A stretch of DNA of 64,000 bases, taken from NCBI GenBank assembly GCA_963555995.3, contig OY821641.1, forward strand, positions 2,368,001 to 2,432,000, in the 5' to 3' direction. Each line of letters starts with the position of its first letter. Position 1 is the first letter of the stretch. The translations under genes were made by a program, and so were the position numbers. Positions 58,563-64,000 of the stretch are shown in pieces. The stretch comes from Vicinamibacteria bacterium (lineage in GTDB: Bacteria; Acidobacteriota; Vicinamibacteria; Marinacidobacterales; Marinacidobacteraceae). The notes under the pieces were generated by a model that had not been told where the DNA came from, made no database searches, and worked only from the letters and a program-made list of their open reading frames with translations.

Positions 58563-60626
58563 CTACCGCGGATCCTGATCGGTGGCGGCCGCGTCCGCTT
58601 TCAGGAACCGGTCGAACCAGGCCAGGTAGCGCTCGTAGCGGTCCTTCTGGAAGGAGGGGAGCCGGATCCCGTGGCTCTGCCCCGGGTAGATGATGAGTTC
58701 GGTAGGCACCCCGAGCCGCCGCAGACTCTGGTAGAGGTTCTCCGACTGGCTGAGCGGCACGTTCCAGTCCTTCTCCCCACAGAGAACGAGCGTCGGCGTG
58801 GTCACGTGGTGCACCCGTGAAATGGGAGACAACCGGTTGTAGAGCTCGGGGTTCTCCCAGGGAAGCCCCAGCTCCAGCTCCCACTCGAGCTGGTAGTGGT
58901 CGTTCCCGTAGGCGGCCCGGTACTCGGTCTCGCTGGAGCCGCTGACGGCGGCGTGGAACCGGGTGGTCTTGGTGATCACGTAGTTCGTGAGGATCCCGCC
59001 GTAGCTCCATCCACCCACCCCGAGGCGCTCGGGGTCGGCCCAGCCGCGCTCGATGACGTGGTCCACCGCGGCGTTCACGTCCTCGTAATCCAGGTTCCCC
59101 CAGTCCGCCCAGATGGCGTGGGAAAACGCCTCTCCCCGCCCTGACGAGCCGCGGGGGTTCGCCGCGACCACCAGGTACCCGTTCGCCGCGAAGAGCTGCC
59201 AGGTGGACTGGAAGGAGGTGGAGAACTGCGACACCGGCCCGCCGTGGATCCACAGGATGGTCGGATAGCGCCGCCCCTCCTCGAATCCGGGCGGCTTGGT
59301 GACGAAGCCCTGGATCTCGGTCCCGTCGGCACTCGGGAAGGTGATCCGCTCGACCGCACCGAGGTTCACCTCGGCGAGCAGCGCATCGTTCTCCCCGGTC
59401 AGCCGCCGGGGCTCCTCGCCGAATGTCCAGGCCATCACCTCCCGGGGACGATCGGTGCTCCCCGCCACCGCCACGACCCGGTTCCCGACCACCTCAAGGT
59501 CGCGAATGTCCCGCTCTCCGGCAATGAGGCGCTCGGCGGCGGCGGTTTCCGAGATCCCGAAGGAGGCCAGGTGCCGGTTGCCGGAGTCTTCGAGAAGCGC
59601 CAGGATCGCCGATCCGTCGGCGCTGAACCGGGGATTCGAGAGATTGCGGTCGAGGCCGGCGGCGACATGGACGACCTCGTCGGTACTCCGGTTGAGGGCG
59701 TACAGGTGCTCGGTGGCGTACCAGATCAACTCCGGTTTGCGGTTCCCGGTATGGGCGATCCAACCGCCATCGGGACTGAAGACCGGCGAGCGGTCCGGTC
59801 CCGGATTGCTCGTGAGCCGAACGGGCTCGGTCGCTTCGTCCGCGCCGCGCGGAATCAGGAAGATGTCGGAGTTGTCGGTGGCGTCCGGGTCGCCGCCGTC
59901 CGGTGGCCGGACACTCACGAACGCGATCTCCGCACTGTCGGGCGAGAACACCGGGGAACCGTCGTCGTAGGGACCGAAGGTCTTCTGCTCGTGCGCGCCG
60001 CCGGTCGCGTCCACCACGTAGATGTGCCGCCGGCGGTCGTCGAGGTATCCCTGCCCGTCGCGCTTGAACTGACGGCGGTCGATCACCAGGGGACGCGGTT
60101 CGGCGTCTTCTCCTTCCTCGGGCTCGTTCGGGTCGGGGTCCCGCGAGACGACCGCGAGCGCGCTCCCGTCCGGCGCCCACGAGAAGGACGAAACCCCCGC
60201 GGGCAGACTCGACAGGACCCTCGCCTCGCCGCCCGCCAGCGGAAGCAACCAGATCTGGGTCTTGTCCCCTTCCCCGGAACTCAGGAACGCGAGCTGCGAT
60301 CCATCGGGACTGAACCGCGGATGGGACGCCGAACGCCCTGCCCTGGTCAAGGGCGCGGAATCTCCGCCGACGAATGGGACCCCGTGAATCCGGCTCTCGG
60401 ACTTGTTCTCTTCGAGATCGATCCGCGACACCACGTAGACGACGAACTCGCCGTCCGGCGAGAGCTGAGGATCGGAGACCGAGGCGATTCCGAGCGCGTC
60501 CTGAATCGTGAAGTGGCGCTGGGCGAAGGCCGGCGCGGCAAGCGCCGCAGCGAGAGCCAGAGCGGCGCCCACGCTCCCGAGGCGCATGGGAGCACGAAGA
60601 GAAACGAACCGACGCGATGGAGTCAT
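58563..60626 (-). CDS. Exported S9 (prolyl oligopeptidase/acylaminoacyl peptidase) family peptidase
   Basis: PD40-like SPDG repeats, IHGGP, NPRGS, GWSYGG, D.NVP, YPGQSH; AGGAGG RBS. Confidence 0.92.
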   Translation of the reverse strand: MTPSRRFVSLRAPMRLGSVGAALALAAALAAPAFAQRHFTIQDALGIASVSDPQLSPDGEFVVYVVSRIDLEENKSESRIHGVPFVGGDSAPLTRAGRSASHPRFSPDGSQLAFLSSGEGDKTQIWLLPLAGGEARVLSSLPAGVSSFSWAPDGSALAVVSRDPDPNEPEEGEDAEPRPLVIDRRQFKRDGQGYLDDRRRHIYVVDATGGAHEQKTFGPYDDGSPVFSPDSAEIAFVSVRPPDGGDPDATDNSDIFLIPRGADEATEPVRLTSNPGPDRSPVFSPDGGWIAHTGNRKPELIWYATEHLYALNRSTDEVVHVAAGLDRNLSNPRFSADGSAILALLEDSGNRHLASFGISETAAAERLIAGERDIRDLEVVGNRVVAVAGSTDRPREVMAWTFGEEPRRLTGENDALLAEVNLGAVERITFPSADGTEIQGFVTKPPGFEEGRRYPTILWIHGGPVSQFSTSFQSTWQLFAANGYLVVAANPRGSSGRGEAFSHAIWADWGNLDYEDVNAAVDHVIERGWADPERLGVGGWSYGGILTNYVITKTTRFHAAVSGSSETEYRAAYGNDHYQLEWELELGLPWENPELYNRLSPISRVHHVTTPTLVLCGEKDWNVPLSQSENLYQSLRRLGVPTELIIYPGQSHGIRLPSFQKDRYERYLAWFDRFLKADAAATDQDPR

Positions 60627-60667
60627 GCCGGACCTCCTGCGGGTCGGAGCCCGCACGGCGCGATGGC

Positions 60668-61714
60668 CTACCGATACGAAGCGACGATCTCGTCCAGGGT
60701 CTCGCGCGGCGGACGAAGCTGATCCTCCGAAAGCAGCGCGAGCGGTTCGTCGCAGAGTTCGAGACTGTCGAGGAAGGTGCGCTTGCTGGTGTCGAGATAG
60801 AGGAGACCGGTCAGGAACAGGTTCTTCTCGTTGGCCTCGAGTACGAGTTCCTGCGCCGAGCGCCGGTCGGTCGGGTCGTAGCCCCGTTCCAGTTTCCGGA
60901 GGCGGACCCAGGATCCGTCGTGGAGCTGGACCTCCTGATCGGTCCCTTCCTCGTACTCGACCTCGATCTGATCCATCGCCGGCACGAAATCGAGGATGTG
61001 GATCGGTTCCTCGTTGTCCTTCCCCCAGGTATAGCTCTTGGTCGAACCCGCATGGTTGTTGAAAGTGACGCAGGGGCTCAGGATGTCGAGGACGGCGGTG
61101 CCGTTGTGGGAGAGCGCCCCGCGCAGCAGCGCCACGAGCTGTTTCGGATCCCCGGCGAAGGACCGCGCCACGTAGGTCGCCCCGAGCTCGATCGCCATGC
61201 CGCAGAGATCAATGTTGGGAAGCCGGTTCACCTCGCCGGACCGGAGCGCGGCGTTCTCGTCGGCGGTCGCCGAGAACTGTCCCTTGGTCAGGCCGTACAC
61301 CCCGTTGTTCTCCACGATGTAGATCAGCGGCAGATTGCGCCGCACCAGGTGCACGAACTGCCCGATCCCGATCGAGGCGGTGTCGCCGTCGCCGGAGACG
61401 CCGACCGCAACCAGCCGGCGGTTGGCGAGTACCGCCCCGGTCGCCACCGACGGCATGCGGCCGTGGACCGCGTTGAAGCCGTGGCTGTGATTCAGGAAGT
61501 ACGCCGGCGTCTTCGAGGAGCAGCCGATTCCGGAAAGCTTCGCCACTTGGTGGGGACGCACGTCGGACTCGAAGAGCGCGCGAATCAACTGGCTCGAAAT
61601 CGCGTCGTGGCCGCAACCCTTGCAGAGGGTCGAGGGCTTGCCCTTGTAGTCGGAGGGCGTCAGGCCCAACCGGTTGACCTTGCGAGGTCGTGAGGAGGCG
61701 TCGGGAGCTGGCAT
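60668..61714 (-). CDS. korB: 2-oxoacid:ferredoxin oxidoreductase beta subunit
   Basis: LCKGCGH, SGIGCSS, HGR, GDGD, NNGVYGLTKGQ, SPCVTFN. Confidence 0.92.
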   Translation of the reverse strand: MPAPDASSRPRKVNRLGLTPSDYKGKPSTLCKGCGHDAISSQLIRALFESDVRPHQVAKLSGIGCSSKTPAYFLNHSHGFNAVHGRMPSVATGAVLANRRLVAVGVSGDGDTASIGIGQFVHLVRRNLPLIYIVENNGVYGLTKGQFSATADENAALRSGEVNRLPNIDLCGMAIELGATYVARSFAGDPKQLVALLRGALSHNGTAVLDILSPCVTFNNHAGSTKSYTWGKDNEEPIHILDFVPAMDQIEVEYEEGTDQEVQLHDGSWVRLRKLERGYDPTDRRSAQELVLEANEKNLFLTGLLYLDTSKRTFLDSLELCDEPLALLSEDQLRPPRETLDEIVASYR

Positions 61715-61728
61715 CAGGGAATCCTCCG

Positions 61729-63591
61729 TCAGGCGGCGCCGATCTCCATCTCGGTCACGTAGTCCACGATGGTCTGCGCGTCCATCGGGTGCCCGCTGTA
61801 GTGGCGGAGACTCCGGAGCACCCCCGGGGGAATCCGGTCCCCGTATTCGGCCCGCAACAACTGGAGCATCTGTCCGTCCCGGTTCTGGTCGAGGACCACC
61901 ACCCGTTGCCGCGAGGTGATGAAGTCGAGAACGGACGGGGCGAAGGGCAGCGCCCGCGGGCGCAGATAGTCCATTTCGATCGCCGCTTCCCCGCGGAGCC
62001 GGGTACGGGCTTCCTCGATCGCGGGGTCGGAGGAACCGAAGCCGATGATTCCCAGCGGGCTCACCGGTTCCGTCTGATCCACCACCGGCGGCGGCACCAT
62101 TTCCCGCGCCGTCTCGAACTTGCGGTCGAGCCGGGTCATGATCCGGACGTAGGCCTCTTCACTCTCGGTGTACTCGGCGCTCTCGTCATGGCCGCTGCCC
62201 CGCGTGAAGTAGGCCGCCCCGGGGTGCTCCGTCCCGGGGAGCGTCCGATAGGGGATCGCGTCGCCGTCCACGTCGGCGTAGCGCTGGAAGGTCCCGCCCA
62301 GCCGCTCGAGGTCCTCGCGGGTGAGCACCTTGCCGCGGTCCATGGGCCGGTCGGGGTACTCGAAGGGTTCCGTCGCCCAGATGTTCATGCCGAGGTCGAG
62401 ATCGGACAACACGAACACCGGCGTCTGGAGGCGCTCCGCCAGATCGAAGGCCCTCCAGCCGAACTCGAAGCACTCGCGGGTCGAGGCTGGGAGCAGGCAC
62501 ACGTGCTTGGTGTCCCCGTGGGAGAGCGCGTAGGTGGAGAGGATGTCCCCCTGGGCGGTGCGCGTCGGCAGACCCGTCGAGGGGCCGACCCGCTGGATGT
62601 TCCAGATCACCAAGGGGATCTCGGCGTAGTAGCCGAGCCCGACGAATTCGGACATCAGCGAGATCCCCGGTCCGGAAGTGGCGGTCATCGCCCGGGTGCC
62701 GGCCCACCCGGCGGCCAGCGCCATGCCGACCGCGGCGAGTTCATCTTCGGCCTGGACCACCGCGTAGGTCGCCTTGCCGTCCGGACCCTTCCGGTACCGC
62801 TTGAGGAAGCCGGTGAGCTGCTCGACGACGCTCGAGGACGGGGTGATCGGATACCAGGTCGCGACGCTCGCTCCCCCGAACATGGCGCCGAGCGCCGCGG
62901 CGGCGTTCCCGTCAATGAGGATCTTGCCGCGGTTCCGGTCCATCCGTTCGAGGGTGAAGGGGTCCTGCTTGACCAGGTTCTCGCGCGCGTGGCGAATCCC
63001 GATCTCCACGGCCCGGCGGTTCAACTCGACGGCGGCCTTCTTGCTCCGGAACTGGCTTTCGATGGCCCCGAAGATCTCGTCCACCTCGATCGAGAGCAGC
63101 TCTCCCAGCAACCCGACATAGATCATGTTGGCGAGCAGCTTGCGCAGCCGTACCTCGCGGGTCACCTCGGCGGCCAACTCCGAGAAGGGCGCCGGGTAGA
63201 ACACCAGGTCGTCGCGGCGGCGTTCCAGCCGCAGGCCTTCCTCGTAGACGACGGCGCTGCCCGGAGCCAGCGATTCGACGTCCCGGACGGCGGTCTGGGG
63301 ATTAAGCGCCACCAAGTAGTCCACGTTCCGCTTGCGCGCCACCCAGCCGTCCCGGTTCGCGCGAATGGTGAACCAGGTCGGCAGTCCCGCGATGTTCGAG
63401 GGAAAGAGGTTCTTGCCGCCGACTGGGATCCCCATGCGGAACAGCGCCCGGAGGAGGACCAGGTTCGAGGACTGGCTTCCGGAGCCGTTGACGGTGGCGA
63501 CCTGGATCGCCAGGTCGTTGACGATGCGGTCGGGCTCGGACTCGATTTCGCTGGGAGCGTCTTCCTCGAGGAGCGCCGTTTTGTTGGACAT
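61729..63591 (-). CDS. korA: 2-oxoacid:ferredoxin oxidoreductase alpha subunit (gamma domain fused)
   Basis: NGSGSQS, GN.A.ALGA, YPITPSS, QAEDELAA, TSGPGISLM.E, QRVGPSTGLPT. Confidence 0.92.
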   Translation of the reverse strand: MSNKTALLEEDAPSEIESEPDRIVNDLAIQVATVNGSGSQSSNLVLLRALFRMGIPVGGKNLFPSNIAGLPTWFTIRANRDGWVARKRNVDYLVALNPQTAVRDVESLAPGSAVVYEEGLRLERRRDDLVFYPAPFSELAAEVTREVRLRKLLANMIYVGLLGELLSIEVDEIFGAIESQFRSKKAAVELNRRAVEIGIRHARENLVKQDPFTLERMDRNRGKILIDGNAAAALGAMFGGASVATWYPITPSSSVVEQLTGFLKRYRKGPDGKATYAVVQAEDELAAVGMALAAGWAGTRAMTATSGPGISLMSEFVGLGYYAEIPLVIWNIQRVGPSTGLPTRTAQGDILSTYALSHGDTKHVCLLPASTRECFEFGWRAFDLAERLQTPVFVLSDLDLGMNIWATEPFEYPDRPMDRGKVLTREDLERLGGTFQRYADVDGDAIPYRTLPGTEHPGAAYFTRGSGHDESAEYTESEEAYVRIMTRLDRKFETAREMVPPPVVDQTEPVSPLGIIGFGSSDPAIEEARTRLRGEAAIEMDYLRPRALPFAPSVLDFITSRQRVVVLDQNRDGQMLQLLRAEYGDRIPPGVLRSLRHYSGHPMDAQTIVDYVTEMEIGAA

Positions 63592-63905
63592 CAGGCCATT
63601 GTTCAGGAGGCGATTCTGTGGGACGGGAGCCGCCTCATGGTTCAGGCAGGGGGACGGCCGGACTTTGCTTTGGAGAATCCACGGAAAGCTCCCGGAATCC
63701 GGGCAGCCAAGCGGAGTTGCGCTCCGGAGCGTTGCCGCATCCGGACACCCTCCAGACAGTTGCCAGTGTACTTCAATCTCGTGGTTTTCCGGTGTCCGCG
63801 GCGACCGGGAAATCCCGCGGAGCACTAGACTTCCGTGTTCCACGGCACCCGGAACGACGGGTTCGGGGCGCGGCGCCGGCCGCTCCGCCGTGCGGACAAG
63901 AGGCA

Positions 63906-64000
63906 ATGCGACCCACCTGGCAGGGCAACCTGAAGCTGGCCCTCGTGCTCGTTCCGGTACGGGCATACCCGGCGGCCCGCGAAAAAAAGGTCGCGATGAA
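63906..64000 (+). CDS. ku: Ku (NHEJ end-binding protein), 5' fragment running off the window
   Basis: Manual translation MRPTWQGNLKLALVLVPVRAYPAAREKKVAM matches the bacterial Ku N-terminus (W.G.L...LV..PV..Y.A); absent from the ORF track. Confidence 0.75.
   Translation, partial: MRPTWQGNLKLALVLVPVRAYPAAREKKVAM

Noticed and set aside
54183-63828. Long antisense ORFs (e.g. 54183-56087, 56116-59253, 61690-63828 and many similar ones elsewhere)
   Set aside because: These are typical stop-poor shadow frames of high-GC coding DNA, with no recognisable motifs.

Overview
This is a very GC-rich bacterial chromosome segment. Gene content (TonB-ExbB-ExbD-ExbD-TPR cluster, DUF1592/DUF1552/ankyrin cassette, HEAT-cyclophilin fusion) suggests Acidobacteriota; that assignment is an inference. 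Most of it is housekeeping: two tRNA-Leu, tig-clpP, clpX-engB-rho-rpmE-prfA-prmC, lspA-lgt-rluD-pyrRBC, truA-uppS-cdsA with an inverted dxr-rseP, tgt-yajC-secDF, the Ton cluster, rel, mrp, tandem TonB-dependent receptors, an S9 peptidase, korAB and the start of ku. The main signals are: (1) three copies of a 187-bp non-coding element that folds into a rod with a forked end, with compensatory changes between copies and a strand preference shown by G.T wobbles and tandem G.A pairs; (2) a four-gene exported cytochrome-c/DUF1552/ankyrin cassette of unknown function separating clpP from clpX; (3) a two-hairpin REP-like family, one inverted pair of which encloses a decayed antitoxin gene; (4) an IS110-family recombinase with a structured ~325-nt 3' non-coding region beside a REP copy. 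The 39.9-42.1 kb region around that IS looks like a mixed-allele or low-quality assembly. All family assignments come from motif recognition by eye; no searches were run.
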